Source: an uncultured Acidobacteriota bacterium
GTDB taxonomy: Bacteria > Acidobacteriota > UBA6911
Reading direction: 5' to 3'
Assembly (NCBI GenBank): GCA_963843575.1
Contig: CAWJKZ010000021.1
Coordinates: 158,962 to 222,961 of the forward strand
DNA length: 64,000 nucleotides
Shown: piece by piece, positions 19,254 through 33,171 of the stretch
Layout of the letters: the number at the start of each line of letters is the position of its first letter
Numbering within the stretch: position 1 is the stretch's first letter
The notes under the pieces: generated by a model
What the model saw: the letters and a program-made list of their open reading frames with translations, nothing else
Told to the model about the DNA's origin: nothing
The model's database searches: none
Position numbers and translations under genes: made by a program

Positions 19254-21504
19254 TCAACTGAGTCGGTCGAGGAAGTCGAGCCCGACGAGGACTTCGCGCG
19301 GCTTGGATCCGTCCGCCGGGCCGACCAGGCGGTTCTGATACATGTTGTCGATCAGTTTCGCGGCCCTGCCGTATCCGATGCTCAACCGGCGCTGAAGTAG
19401 CGAGGTCGATGCCTTTCCCTCGCTCACGACCACGCGGACGGCGTCGTTGTACAGGGCGTCCTGGGCGTCCGGACCGACGGGATTGCCCTCCTCGTCCAGT
19501 TCCTCGGTGCCGTAGGTCAGGACGGAGTGATCGTAGGAGGGCTTGCCCTGTCCCTTGAGGTGCTCGACGATCGCCTGCGCCTCCTTTTCGCTGACGTAGG
19601 CCCCGTGGATTCGGGTGAGGCGGGAGGAGCCGGGCGGTATGAAGAGCATGTCGCCGTTGCCCAGAAGCTGCTCGGCCCCGTTGGCGTCGATGATGGTGCG
19701 GGAATCGACCTTCGTGGCCACCTTGAAGGCGATCCGGCAGGGGAAGTTGGCCTTGATGATGCCCGTGATGACGTCGACGGACGGACGCTGGGTCGCCAGG
19801 ATCAGGTGAATCCCGACCGCGCGCGCCATGGCGGCGAGCCGCGAGATCGCTTCCTCGACCTCCCTGGAGGAGACCATCATGAGGTCGGCGAGCTCGTCGA
19901 TGACCAGCACCAGGTAAGGGAGGGGCTGTTCGAGCTCCCCGCCAGCGTCGTCCGCCTCCAGAAGCGAGAGCTGTCTGTCCGGTGGACCGGATCAGGGTGT
20001 TGTACTGGTCGATGCTCCGCACCCCGCGCAGGGCCAGCTTCTTGTAGCGGGTTTCCATCTCGCTCGTCGCCCAGCGCAGAGCGCTCGCCGCCTCCTTCGG
20101 ATCGGTGACGATCGGCGTCAGCAGGTGCGGGATGTCGGCGTAGATGCCGAGTTCGAGGCGTTTGGGATCGATGAAAATGAACTTCACCTCTTCCGGAGTC
20201 GCCTTGTACAGGATCGAGGTGATCATGCAGTTCAAGCGCGACGCTCTTGCCCGATCCGGTGGCGCCGGCGATGAGCAGGTGCGGCATTCTGGCCAGGTCG
20301 GTGGCATACGGCGTGCCGTTGATCAGCTTCCCCAGGCAGAGCGTGAGCTTGGACGTGTGCTTGCGGAACGCCTCCGACTCGATGATCTCGCGCAGCATGA
20401 TGGTTTCGCGCTGCGTGTTGGGAACTTCGATCCCCACGGTCGCCTTGCCGGGGATCCGGTCGATGCGGATCGACTCGGCTTTGATGCCCAGGCAGAGGTC
20501 GTCCACCAGGCCGGTGATCCTGGAGTACTTGACGCCGGCGTCCGGCTTGAACTCGAAGGTGGTGACGACCGGCCCGGGGTGTATGTGGGTGATGCTGCCG
20601 TGCACATCGAACTCGGCGCACTTTGTCCCCGAGCTGGCGGGCGCGCTCCATCAGTTCGGCCTCCTCGACGGCCACGTGGCCGTCCGGCGACGGGAGCAGG
20701 TCGATCGGCGGAAGCAGGAACCTGCGGGCGCGGGGCGTCTTGTCCGCGGCAGGCGCGGGCTTGCCGGCGTTTCGGCTCCGCGGGCTTGGGCGCCGGCTGG
20801 ATCTTCGGTTCGACCTTTGCCGGTGCGGCTGCACTGGCGCACCGGGAGCGGGCCGGGGGGTCAGCTCGATGACCTGTCCTGCGGCCGGCTTGATGTTCAC
20901 GACTGTGCGGACGGGCTTGTGACGCGCTCGCCATTCCTGGAAGCGGGCCCACAGCCCCGGCCTGGCATTCTCCTGATCCCGCGTGGCCCGTTCGAACAGC
21001 TGCTGGAGCGAGAGGGTCGTGGCCGCCAGCACCCCGAGGACCAGGACGCCGGCCACGACGATGATGGTCCCGGTGCGGTTCAGGTTGGCCAGGAGCGATT
21101 CGGACAGCAGGGCACCCGTCATGCCGCCCGGGGCGAAGTTGATGTCCCTCAGCTTCACCGGGAGCAACTGGAGCGCGGTGCTCCGACCCGGCGATCAGCA
21201 GCAGGAGCCCGAGGGCCCTGGCGTAGGGAGCGCCGATGCTGCGGCCCCGTACCAGCTTCCACCCGGCGACGACCATGGGAACCAGCAGTAGCAAGGCCGG
21301 GAAGCCGAAGAGCTGGTAAAGGATGTCGCTGACCCAGGCGCCGATCCGGCCGGCCTTGTTGGTCGCGTTGACCTTGTAGAAAAGCGCGTTGAAGCTCGAA
21401 TCGTGCGAGTCGTAGGAGACAAGGCAGAGCGCCAGCAGCACCGTGACAGCCAGCACGATCACGCCGATAAACTCGTGCCGTTTTCCGGGCACTTCCTTCG
21501 ACAT
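19254..21504 (-). CDS. ftsK: DNA translocase FtsK (frameshifted)
   Basis: N-terminal TM region NKAGRIGAW; GPVVTTFE; PHLLIAGATGSGKSV; IDPKRLEL; IDELADLM; ATQRPSVDVITG; gamma domain LQRRLSIGYGRAA. Confidence 0.92.
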
Positions 21505-21519
21505 ACCTGATCCGCTCCG

Positions 21520-23188
21520 TCAGATTTCGAGGATTACGGGGACGATCATCGGGCGCGTGGCGGTGCGTTTGCGGAAAAAGCGCTTCAAGTCCGCACGGAC
21601 GATCTCGGTCAGCACCAGGGCGTCGGCGCGTTCCTCGTCGCTGCATTCCTCGACGGTCTTCAGCACCACCTGCCTCGCTTCGGCGAGGATGGCGGCACCG
21701 CCGTCTTCCTGGATGTGCCCCCTGCTGACCAGTTCCGGCATCCCCTCCAGTGCGGCCGCTGGACTTGTTGATCGGCACGACGGCCAGCACGACTCCTTCC
21801 TCCGACAGATGCTGCCGATCCTTGACGACCAACTCGTCCAGCTCCGCGATTCCGCCCTCGTCGATGAACCGTCTGCCCACGGGGGCCTTGCCGCGGATCT
21901 CCACGGATTCCGGCGTCAGCACGAGGATGTCCCCGGATTCCGCCATGATGATCCGTTCCTTCGGGAAGCCGGTTTCGCGTGCGATCAGGGCGTGATGGTA
22001 CAGCTGCCGGTACTCCCCGTGGATCGGGGTGAAAAACCTCGGCCGCACCAGGTTGAGCATCAGCTTGAGTTCCTCCTGGCTGGCATGGCCGGACACGTGC
22101 ACCATCCAGTGGCTCTCGTCGTAGACCCGGGCGCCCCTGCGGCAGAAGTGGTTGATCAGGTGCGAAACCCGCTGTTCGTTGCCGGGAATGGCGCGGGCGC
22201 TGATGATGACGGAGTCCTCGGGTTCGACGCTGAAGTCCTTGTGTTTGCCGATGGCCAGCTTGGAGAGTGCCGCCATCGGTTCTCCCTGGCTGCCGGTGCT
22301 CAGGAGCACGATTTCGTCGGTCCGACAACCTGCCGGCTTCCTGCATGTCGGCCAGGACGCCTCGAGGCACGTCGAGATAGCCGAGGGATTGGGCGATCGC
22401 GATGTTTTCCTTCATGCTGCGCCCGACCGGCACGACGCGGCGGCCGAACTGGCCGGCGAGTTCGAGCACGATCTGGATCCGGTGGATGCTCGAGGCAAAG
22501 CAGGCGACGATGATCTTGCGCTTGCTGCTGTGAAACACCTGCTCCACGTGGTGCCTGACGACGCTTTCGGACGGCGTGTAGCCCGGCCGTTCGCTGTTGG
22601 TGCTGTCGGAGAAGAGCGCCAGCACCCCCTGCTCTCCCAGGAGACAGAACCGGGCGTAATCGCTCGTCTGCAGGTCCGGAGGCGACTGGTCGAATTTGAA
22701 GTCGCCGGTGTGGACGATGGTGCCGACGGGGGTCGTGACGGCCAGCCCGATGCTGTCGGCGATGCTGTGGGTGACCCGCAGGAACTCGATGTCCAGGTCC
22801 TCCACCTGCAGCCTCTCGCGCGGGTGGACTTCGTTGAGCTCGGCGCGGTCCAGCAGTCCGTGTTCCGCGAGGCGTCCCCGGGCAAATCCCAGGGTCAAGG
22901 GTGTGCCGTACACCGGCAGCCGGGATCTGCTCGAGCAGGTAGGGGAGGGCGCCGATGTGGTCCTCGTGACCGTGGGTCAGGACGACCGCGCGAACTTCTT
23001 CCTTGTGCTCGAGCAGGTAGCGAAAGTCGGGGACCACCAGGTCGACCCCGAGCAGGTCGTCCCGGGGAAACATCAGGCCTGCGTCGATGACGAGGATGGA
23101 GCCGCGGCAGCGGACTGCCATCATGTTCATGCCGAATTCCCCAAGGCCTCCAAGGGGTACTATTTCTACAACAGTTACCGTCGATCAC
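21520..23188 (-). CDS. rnj: Ribonuclease J (frameshifted)
   Basis: PLGGLGEFGMNM, THGHEDHIG, HSIAD, HTGDFKFD, DSTN, STGSQGEP, HVSGHA, PIHGEY. Confidence 0.92.
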
Positions 23189-23334
23189 ACTTTTTCCTGA
23201 GGAGAAAATTCAGTATAGCACGAGCCGCATTCCGCGGTTCGGCGAACTTCGAGATTCTTTGAGCTATTGGATCCCCGGCGGTGAGTTTCACTGCCTTGCC
23301 TCCAGACCAGGACCTCGGAGGACCTCAAGGGGTG

Positions 23335-24150
23335 TTAGAGGGATCTCATGTCAGCCAGAATCCGGCCAAGCGTTTCATACTCCTCGAGCGCGAGTTGCTC
23401 GGGCCGGCGCCCGCCGTCGATCCCCGCGCGGGCTAGGAGCTGCCGGGCGACCGGCGCGACGGCCGGGGCGTGCTTCAGCGAGTTGAGCCAGTGTCTTGCG
23501 TCGATGGCCGAATGCGGCCCGGGCCACTTCCAGGAACGCGGCCTCATGGGCGGGCGTCAGGGCTTTGACCCTGGGGCGAAACACGACTATGGCCGACACG
23601 ACTTTGGGCGGGGGTGAGAAGGAACCCGGGGAGACCTTGAACGCGATTCGGGCGTCGGCCCGATGGCGGCACTGGACCGACAACAGTCCGTAGTCTCTGG
23701 AACCGGGGCCGGCGACGATGCGCTCGGCGACCTCGAGCTGCAGCATGAAAGTCAGATCGTGGAAGGGAAGGTCCCCATAGAGGAACTTCTCTACAACTGC
23801 CGTCCCGATGTTGTACGGCAGGTTGCCGGCGACCCGCAGTCTGTCGCCCCGGGAGGGCGTCGCGGACCAGGCGCTGGACATCCAGCCCGAGGATGTCGTC
23901 GTCAACGACCGACGACCGACGGGTGCGCGGCGACGGTCTCGCGCAGGACGGGCAGGACATCCCGGTCGAACTCGACGGCAAACAGGCAGAAGACCGCCGG
24001 AGCCAGCCGGACCGTGAGGGCTCCCGTACCCGCTCCAACCTCGAGAAACACGTCGTCGGGCGACGGTCGCACTAGCCTGACGAGCCGCTCCAGAACGCCG
24101 CTATCCCTAAGAAAATGTTGCCCGAAGCGCTTCTTTGCGAGAACCTCCAT
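23335..24150 (-). CDS. rsmA: 16S rRNA adenine dimethyltransferase (frameshifted)
   Basis: KKRFGQHFL, LEVGAGTGALT, GNLPYNI, MLQLEVAERI, SFSPPPKVVS, AFGHRRKTL. Confidence 0.92.
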
Positions 24151-24155
24151 TTGAC

Positions 24156-24184
24156 TTGACTTCCCTGGGGTGCGTCACCATAAT
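24156..24184 (+). promoter_or_regulatory. Sigma70-type promoter of trxA (divergent from rsmA)
   Basis: TTGACT 24156-24161, 17 nt, CATAAT 24179-24184. Confidence 0.7.
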
Positions 24185-24246
24185 GACACGTTTGTTTTCG
24201 GGCCCGTGGGTCTCGGACGGGCAATCATAACCTTTGGAGGGTGAAG

Positions 24247-24573
24247 ATGAGCGCTAAAGTTTCAGAAGTTGGGGACCAGAACTTCGAGGTGGAAGTTCTG
24301 AATGCGGGCGTACCCGTTCTGGTCGACTTCTGGGCTGCCTGGTGTGCCCCGTGCCGCATGCTGGCACCCGTGGTCGAGGCGATTGCCGACAAGTACGCGG
24401 GCAAGGCGAAGGTCGTCAAGCTCAACGTCGACGAAAACACGATGACCTCGGGAAAGTACAACATCAAAGGCATCCCGACCCTCCTGCTGTTCAAAGACGG
24501 CATGATCAAAGAGCAGATCGTGGGCAACACGACGAAGGACACGATCTCGAAAATGATCGATAACCACCTGTGA
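24247..24573 (+). CDS. trxA: Thioredoxin
   Basis: VLVDFWAAWCAPCRML, IPTLLLFKDG. Confidence 0.93.
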   Translation: MSAKVSEVGDQNFEVEVLNAGVPVLVDFWAAWCAPCRMLAPVVEAIADKYAGKAKVVKLNVDENTMTSGKYNIKGIPTLLLFKDGMIKEQIVGNTTKDTISKMIDNHL

Positions 24574-24581
24574 TTCAATAG

Positions 24582-26092
<1,511 letters not shown>

Positions 26093-26149
26093 TTCGGCGT
26101 GCCCGACCCCCGGCCGCGTGCGGTACAATTAGCAGATCGAGGTTGCGTC

Positions 26150-27255
26150 ATGGTTTCGCTCAACGATCTGCTCCAGAAAAACACCGTCCCCGGGGAACTC
26201 TTCGAAAAGCTCGACGGCAACCGGGTCCGCTGCGTCGCGTGCGGACACCGTTGCCCCATACCCGATGGCGCCCTGGGCGTCTGCAAAGTGCGGTTCAACA
26301 GGGGCGGGGTCCTCAGGGTCCCGTTCGGCTACGTCGCCGGCACGCAATGCGACCCGATCGAGAAGAAGCCGTTTTTCCACGTCCGTCCGGGTGCGCTGGC
26401 CTTCAGTTTCGGGATGCTCGGGTGCGACCTGCATTGCGGCTATTGCCAGAACTGGGTGACATCGCAGGCATTGCGCGACCCGGAGGCGGTCTCGCCCGCC
26501 CTGCGCGCGACTCCCGAGCAGCTCGCCGGCCTGGCCGTTTCCCAGGGCGCCGAGGTCGTGGTCAGCACCTACAACGAGCCGCTGATCACCGCCGAATGGG
26601 GCGTGGCGGTCTTCAGAGGAAGCCAGGAAGGCCGGGCTGATGACCGGCTTCGTGTCCAACGGCAACGCGACCCCGTCGGTCCTCGAGTACCTCGCGGCCG
26701 TGGCTCGACATCTACAAAGTCGACCTGAAGAGCTTCGACGACCGCCGCTACCGGCAGCTCGGAGGCCGGCTGCAGCCGATACTCGAGACCATCCAGGCGC
26801 TTTGCCGGATGGGGATCTGGGTCGAGATCGTCACCCTCCTGGTCCCCGGGTTCAACGACTCGGAAGAAGAGCTGGCAAAGCTCACCGGGTTCATTGCCGG
26901 GGTCTCGCCCGACATTCCGTGGCATGTGACCGCCTTTCATGCGGACTACAAGATGACCGATCCGAGGGACACCACCACGCACGACCTCCTGCGGGCGGCC
27001 GAAATCGGCAAGCGGGCCGGGCTGCGGTATGTCTATGCGGGAAATCTCCCGGGGAGGGTCGGCGGACATGAGGACACTGTCTGCCCAAGTTGCGACAAAC
27101 TGCTGGTGCAGCGGAGGGGATACCGGATTCTCGGTTACCCGCTGACCGCCGCAGGGGATTGCCCGGATTGCGCGCGGCCGGTTCCGGGCCGCTGGGCACA
27201 CCAGTACCGCCCACAGCAGACCGATTACCCGGTCGCGCTGCGGCGAGCCCTGTAG
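26150..27255 (+). CDS. amrS: AmmeMemoRadiSam-system radical SAM enzyme (frameshifted)
   Basis: VRCVACGHRC, DPIEKKPFFH, GCDLHCGYCQNW, TYNEP, PWHVTAFH, YVYAGN. Confidence 0.85.
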
Positions 27256-27295
27256 ACGCCCCCCGGTCTCACCCCGCGCGAAGGCGGTCCGGGGC

Positions 27296-28756
27296 CTACT
27301 GCGACCCTGGCGGGCGCGCTTTTGCCTGCTTCAAGGCGGCGGCCTCGGGCCGGGTCCGATAAAAATCGTCCAGGGGGAAACAGCCCGACGGCAGGCCGTT
27401 GCGCGGTGCGGTCGTGCAGTCGCTGAAGGTGCGGCAGAGCTTCTCCCGGGCAACGGGCCGTCCCGCGAGCGTGTCGGCCGGCAGCTCCGGGTAGGAGAGC
27501 ATCATCCTGCCGAGCCCGGCAAAGTCCATTCGCCCTTCCCGAACGCACACCTGTGCGACGTGGGGCAGGTATTCCTGCAGGTAGGTAAAACCCGAGCCGA
27601 CAATCAAGATGCCGGGGTACGCGCGCTTCAGGTGGGCGGCGGCCGACAGCTGCATGGCTACTGCTACAAGGGGGTCTTCGGGTGGATCGTATCCGTCCGA
27701 AGGAGGGAACAGGGCCGGCCTCTGGATGTGCGGGTTGTAGTAAGGGCTGCCAGCAGTGACACACACAGAGCGAGATGCCCAGGTCCTTCAGCAACCCGAC
27801 AAACTCCACGGTCTCGCCGAGGTCCGGGCGTCGTCGGGCGCCGGGGATCGCAGCCGAAGGCGAACCGATAGGGGCCCTCCCATGGCTCGGGTTCCCCGTC
27901 CCCGTTCTGCGCCCGGCGGAACGGGATAGTGTCGAACGCGCTCAGCCGAACCGCCAGTCCCAGCCCCGGTTCCGCGGCCCGCACTCCTGCGACGATTTCC
28001 TTGAGGAAACGCGTGCGGTTTTCCAGCGGTCCACCGAACGGCGCCCGGACGCGAAACGGCGCTCAGAAACTCGTGGCCGAGATATCCGTGGCAGTGCTTA
28101 ATGTCGACGAAATCGAAACCGGCCCGCGCGGCCAGACGTGCGGCACGGACGAAGTCGTCGATGATCCCGCCGGATCTCGCCGTCGGAGAGCACCGGGGCA
28201 GGACGGATCGATCCGGAGACGCGCATCGAGAACGGGGTGGTGGTACAGGATGTGCGGCTCCAGGTCTGTCCTTGCGGTAAGGGCGGCAGTATCGGCCGGA
28301 ATGCGTGAGCTGCAGCCCGACCACGAGATCGTCGCGGCGGCCGGACGCCTCGACGTGGGCCCGGGCCAGTTTCTCGCGCAGGGATTCGAACCGCCCGTAC
28401 GTTGCCGTCGCAGATCCAGAGCTGATTCGGGTTTGCCCTACCCTCCGGCGAGACCGCGACCGCCTCTCCGCCCCACACCAGTTTGGCGCCGCTCCTGCCG
28501 AAGCGCGACCATCGTCGTTCGGTCAGCTCGCTCGGCGCCCCGTCGGCCCCGCCGTCCCAGCCTTCCATCGGCAGGACGCACCAGCGGTTTCCGATGGTGC
28601 GGTTTCCCCAGGAAACCGGCGCCGGCCAGGGCGAGGCGGGCGCCATTGGATTGACGGGCCGTCGACGGGCAGTTCGAGGGTGAGGGCGGCCAGGTGGGCC
28701 CGGAATTCGTCCACGGTCTTCAGCGAGGCGATGCGGGTGTAACGTCGTTGGGTCAC
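27296..28756 (-). CDS. NADH:flavin oxidoreductase, Old Yellow Enzyme family (frameshifted)
   Basis: [52 protein letters not shown]-terminal CRTFSDC..C. Confidence 0.82.
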
Positions 28757-29509
28757 GGGAGTGCGCCCTGGGCTCGAAGGATCGTCCGGATAGTGTCGCC
28801 GTACTCGGCGATCCGCGCGGTCATCGACTTGTGCATACGCCTGGGACGCGGGAGATCGACGACGAGTACGTGGCGCACGCGGGCGGGCGGTTCCGACAGC
28901 ACCGCCACGCGGTCGCCCAGCTGGACCGCTTCGACGATGTCGGTCGTCGCCAGGATGGCGGCGAAGCGCTCGTTCATCCACAGGCGCTGCACGTCCATCC
29001 AGAGATGTTCCCGGGCGAGCGGGTCCAGCCCGCGGAACGGGTCGTCGAGCAGCACCAGTCCGGGTTTGTGGATCAGGGCGCGGCACAGCGCCACCCGGCG
29101 CGCGATCTCCGGCGGCAGCGACGCGGGCATGGACGTCGGCGTAATCCGCCGCCCCCGAGCAAGCCCGAGCAGAAGGCGCGCGCGCTCCCTCGCGGGAACC
29201 GGCGCCAGTCGCCGCACTTCGGCGCCCAGCAGGATATTCCGCCGCACGCTGCGCCACGGCAACAGCGCCGGCTCGCCCCAGACGTATCCCGGGTCCGTCT
29301 CCCGGGTCTGGACACGGGACGGTTCCGCCGGAGAAGGGCCCGTGGACTGCAGTCCGGCGATCGTGCGCAGCAGCGCAGTCTTGCCGCAGCCGTGCGGCCC
29401 CATCAGAACCAGCAAGTTCGCCCCGGCCGACCTCGAGGACCGTGGCCGCGGGCGGCGCCGCCGCGTCTTCAAGGCGAACAACCCATTCCAGATCGGACTT
29501 GCCTGTCAC
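28753..29509 (-). CDS. ABC transporter ATP-binding-like protein (NitT/TauB type) with degenerate catalytic motifs
   Basis: Walker [43 protein letters not shown]; start approximate, one 5' frameshift. Confidence 0.75.
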
Positions 29510-29624
29510 GGTACCGGCCCTTAGTATGGGACGCGGTCCAGTATATAGCGTGTCCGTTCTGCGGCATAACACGTTCCCGCCCCCGCCCCCAGGGTGCGGG
29601 CCCATCGGCCCCTTGGAATCTGAC

Positions 29625-30852
29625 ATGATGGAATCCGAACCCTCCAGATCCCGGATCACGGCTCCCGCGGCGTCTCGCCTCACCCTGGCGCACGTCGCGG
29701 CCACGGCCTTCCTGGCGCTGTTTTCCATCGTCGGGTTCGCCCTTGTACGGACTGCCGTTCTTCTACGACTTCATGGTGCGCGATTTCGGCTGGACGCGGG
29801 CGCAGGTGACCTCGGGAAACGCCGTCAGCAAGCTGCTGGTCGGGCCCCTCTTCGGGTTCATCGCCGGCTGGATCGTGGACCGGTTCGGGCCGCGCCGCCT
29901 CATGCTCTCGGGGATTCTGATGGCGGGGGGCGCGCTCATTGGCCTCGGCTTCACCACCAGTCTCGGGTTTTTCTATTTCTTTTACCTGTTCAACGCGCTC
30001 GGGTACGTCTGCGGAGGGCCTCTGCCGAACCAGGTGCTGCTGTCGCGCTGGTTCGACAAGGCCCGCGGCAAGGCGATGGGGATCGCCTATCTCGGGATCG
30101 GGATCGGCGGCGCGATCGTGCCGCTGCTGGCCAACCGTCTGATCCACGGCATGCACTGGCAGTCCGCGCTGGTCACGCTCGGGATCCTGATGATCGCAAT
30201 CGCCTTCCCGGCAGCCTACTTCGTGAGGGAGGGGCCTCCCCGACCTCACGCCGCACCCGCGGAACCGCCCGCCAGAGCTGGGTTTGCCTTCAAGACGCCG
30301 GCTTTTTATCTCCTGGCCTTGGGGAGCATGTGCTCAATCGGCGCCGTGGGCGGCACGATGCAGAACCTGAAGCTCTTCCTCAGCCTCGATCAGCAACTGC
30401 CGCAGGACACGATTGCACGGGTGCTCTCGCTGGTTCTGGTCACCAGCATCGCCGGTCGGCTCCTGATGGGCTGGCTTGCCGACCGGTACGCGAAGAAATA
30501 TGTGATGCTGCTGATCTACACGATTGTCGCCGCCGCGATCCCCCTGCTGTTCAGCGCCTCCTCGGGCTGGGCCCTGCTCCTGTTCGCCTTGGTGTTCGGC
30601 ATCGGCCTCGGCGGCGACTACATGATCATCCCGCTCATGGCCGCCGACATCTTCGGCGTGCGGATCCTGGGCCGACTGATGGGGGTCATCCTGACCGCGG
30701 ACGGCGTGGCCGAAGCCCTGTCGCCGATGTTGGTTGCCACCATACGAGACCGGACAGGGAGCTATTCCGCCGGCTTCGCGATTCTGATCGGTCTGGCCGC
30801 GTGCGGCGCGCTCGCCGTCGCTTTCCTCCCCAAGGGGGGCGCAAAGGCGTAA
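29625..30852 (+). CDS. MFS transporter (one frameshift near 29745)
   Basis: About 12 hydrophobic segments; motif A GWIVDRFGPRR and GWLADRYAKK. Confidence 0.88.
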
Positions 30853-30959
30853 CGGAATCCCGAGAATCAATTGCCACGTTGCATCTGATTCCAGATGGAC
30901 CCGAGTGTCCATCCGTGGCGGTCTTGTTGTCGACAGGGCAGGATTTGTGGCGGCGCGGC

Positions 30960-31706
30960 CTATGCCCACGGGCTGAGCACGCGCTCCGCCGCTTTGATGC
31001 AGCCAATGAGGAGGGCTGCAAGTGCCGCGGCGCAAAGGAAGGAGGCAAACAGCAGCGGCGTGTTCATCCTGGTGATCGCCGAGAGCATCAGGTATCCCAG
31101 ACCGGCTTCCGCCTGGACGAACTCGGCCGTGACCGCTGCCGCGACACCTGCAGTAGCCGCCGTCTTCAGCGACCGGCAGAGTGGCGGCAAGACGTAGGGC
31201 ACCATTAGTTTCATGGTCACCTGGGCCGGCGTCGCCCGCAGGGTGTGCATCATCTCCGGCATCTCGGCTGGAATCCGCCGCAAGCCCCTCAGCACCGCCC
31301 CAGCGATGAGTGGGAAGGTAACCAGGGTGACCAGAAAGGCGCGGGGCACCTCGCCATAACCGAACCAGAGCACCAGGACCGGGGCCAGGGCGGCTACCGG
31401 AATCGCATGCCATGCCCCGGTGAATCCGAGCAGCATTCCACTCGCGCGCTGAAAAGAGGCACAGACGAGGCCCGCAGCCAAGGCCAGGGCCAGGGCTGCC
31501 CCGAGGCCGGACAGCCAGGCGGTCGCCGTCGAAAGAAGGTGCTGCAGCAGCTCGGGCGAACTGCGCCACGCCTCGAGGACTATGCGCGACGGGGTGGGGA
31601 GGGTGTCGGGCCTGAGACGCAGAAAACGCCCGGCGAGTTCCCAGGCGATAAACGCAACCGTCCACGAGAGCAGGGTATGGCCGGAATGCGCCTGCGTCCT
31701 GTGCAT
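30960..31706 (-). CDS. ABC transporter permease, SsuC/TauC type
   Basis: LPTPSRIV, IPVAALAPVLVLWFGYG, EAA-like region, AEFVQAEAGLGYLM. Confidence 0.8.
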   Translation of the reverse strand: MHRTQAHSGHTLLSWTVAFIAWELAGRFLRLRPDTLPTPSRIVLEAWRSSPELLQHLLSTATAWLSGLGAALALALAAGLVCASFQRASGMLLGFTGAWHAIPVAALAPVLVLWFGYGEVPRAFLVTLVTFPLIAGAVLRGLRRIPAEMPEMMHTLRATPAQVTMKLMVPYVLPPLCRSLKTAATAGVAAAVTAEFVQAEAGLGYLMLSAITRMNTPLLFASFLCAAALAALLIGCIKAAERVLSPWA

Positions 31707-31923
31707 GTTTTCACGTCCCGGTGTCGGTCGTCCGACCCGCGCCGGAGGCCGATTATCTGAATCCCGCGCAACCAATATACTACTGCCGCCGCGCCGTACA
31801 GGATAAGACTCTTGCCATCCTGCGGCGGGAAATCTTCCCGCCGCACCTGCGAGGCGCGTTTCTCGCGTCGGCCGCAGCACGCCCAACAAGGCAACCCGCA
31901 CCGAGACGAGGTACTTCCAGACC

Positions 31924-32325
31924 CTACCCCATCGTGTTGACGCGCTCCGCGGTGATCTTGTAGATGACCCGCACTTCGCCCGGTGCCCTGTTGGGATACC
32001 GGTCGAGGTTGAGGTACTTTTGGGCCATCCTGTCGATGTGCTGGTCCGCGCCGTCTTCCGTGATGTCCACCACACGCCCTCGGATGCCGAGATACCGATA
32101 CGGGTTGGCAGGATCCATGATCGCGAGGGCCACGTTCGGGTTGTTGCGCATGTTGCGGTCCTTCACGCGCCCCTTGGCCGTGTTGACGATGATGTGCCGG
32201 CCGTCGTAGTCGCACCAGACCGGGCTGACCTGCGGGCTGCCGTCCGGCATGATGGTCGCGAGGTTTGCGAATGCGGGTTTTTGCAGCAGGTCGAGAAAGT
32301 TCTGAGGAATGGTTGCCTGTGACAT
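31924..32325 (-). CDS. PPOX-class F420-dependent oxidoreductase (Rv1155-like)
   Basis: ANLATIMPDGSPQVSPVW, NTAKGRVKDRNMRNNPNVAL, DPANPYRYLGIRG, IDRMAQKYL. Confidence 0.88.
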   Translation of the reverse strand: MSQATIPQNFLDLLQKPAFANLATIMPDGSPQVSPVWCDYDGRHIIVNTAKGRVKDRNMRNNPNVALAIMDPANPYRYLGIRGRVVDITEDGADQHIDRMAQKYLNLDRYPNRAPGEVRVIYKITAERVNTMG

Positions 32326-32394
32326 GATCCCCTCCTCCGGGCGGAGTGCCCGGTGTTTCAACTGCTTCGTCCGTGCGACCCGGCAGCGACGCCG

Positions 32395-33171
32395 CTACCG
32401 AAACAGGTCATCGCCGGCGGGACGGATCAGCTGGCGGCCGGAGCCGTCCGCCGGGTTGTAGTGGAAACCGTCGACGATCGCGACCGGGATAGCCGGAGGC
32501 CTTGCCCATAACCAGTTCGGCCGCGCCGGCCAGTTCGTCGGCTACCGCCAGGAGGGTGGCCGCTGAGGGGGCGGCCGCACCAGTCTACCTGGCCGCGGTA
32601 GTCGATGAAAGGCGAGAGGCCCGCGACGCCGAGCGCCACGTTGGTCAACCCCTGGCGCCAGGGGCGGCCGAACGTGTCCGAGACGATGACCGCGACCTCT
32701 ATCCCCAAGGCGTCCGACGAGACCGCGCTGCAGCTGGCGGGCGGACTCGTCGGGGTCCGCGGGGAGAAGCGTCACGCAGCCTTCGGGCGCGTTGGACGCG
32801 TCCACGCCCGCGTTGGCGCAGATGAACCCGCCGTGAGTCTCGACGATCAGGACCCCGTGGCCCGCTCGCACGATCCGCCGGGATTCGCGCAGCACGATCT
32901 CGACCATACGCGGGTCTTTGCGCAGTTCCGCCGCGAGCGACTCGGCGCGCGCGGACGGCACCACCGAATCGAGCCGGACGATCCTCCCCTCGGCCTTGCT
33001 GACCGCCTTCTGGGCCACAATGAACACGGGACCGGGCCCGTCCGCGAGCGCCGCCCTGCCGGGACCGTTCCTGAAGCCGGAGGGCTGCGACGATCTTCCG
33101 CAGAGGTCGTCGCCGGGGACGATCTCCGGGATGCCGCCGAGCGCCCGAATTGAGATCCTGCCGTTAGGCAC
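32395..33171 (-). CDS. cofE: Coenzyme F420-0:L-glutamate ligase, short CofE without nitroreductase domain (frameshifted)
   Basis: GIPEIVPGDDL, AQKAVSKAEGR, ETHGGFICANAGVDASN, LLPADPD, SDTFGRPWRQG, ends DLFR-stop. Confidence 0.88.
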
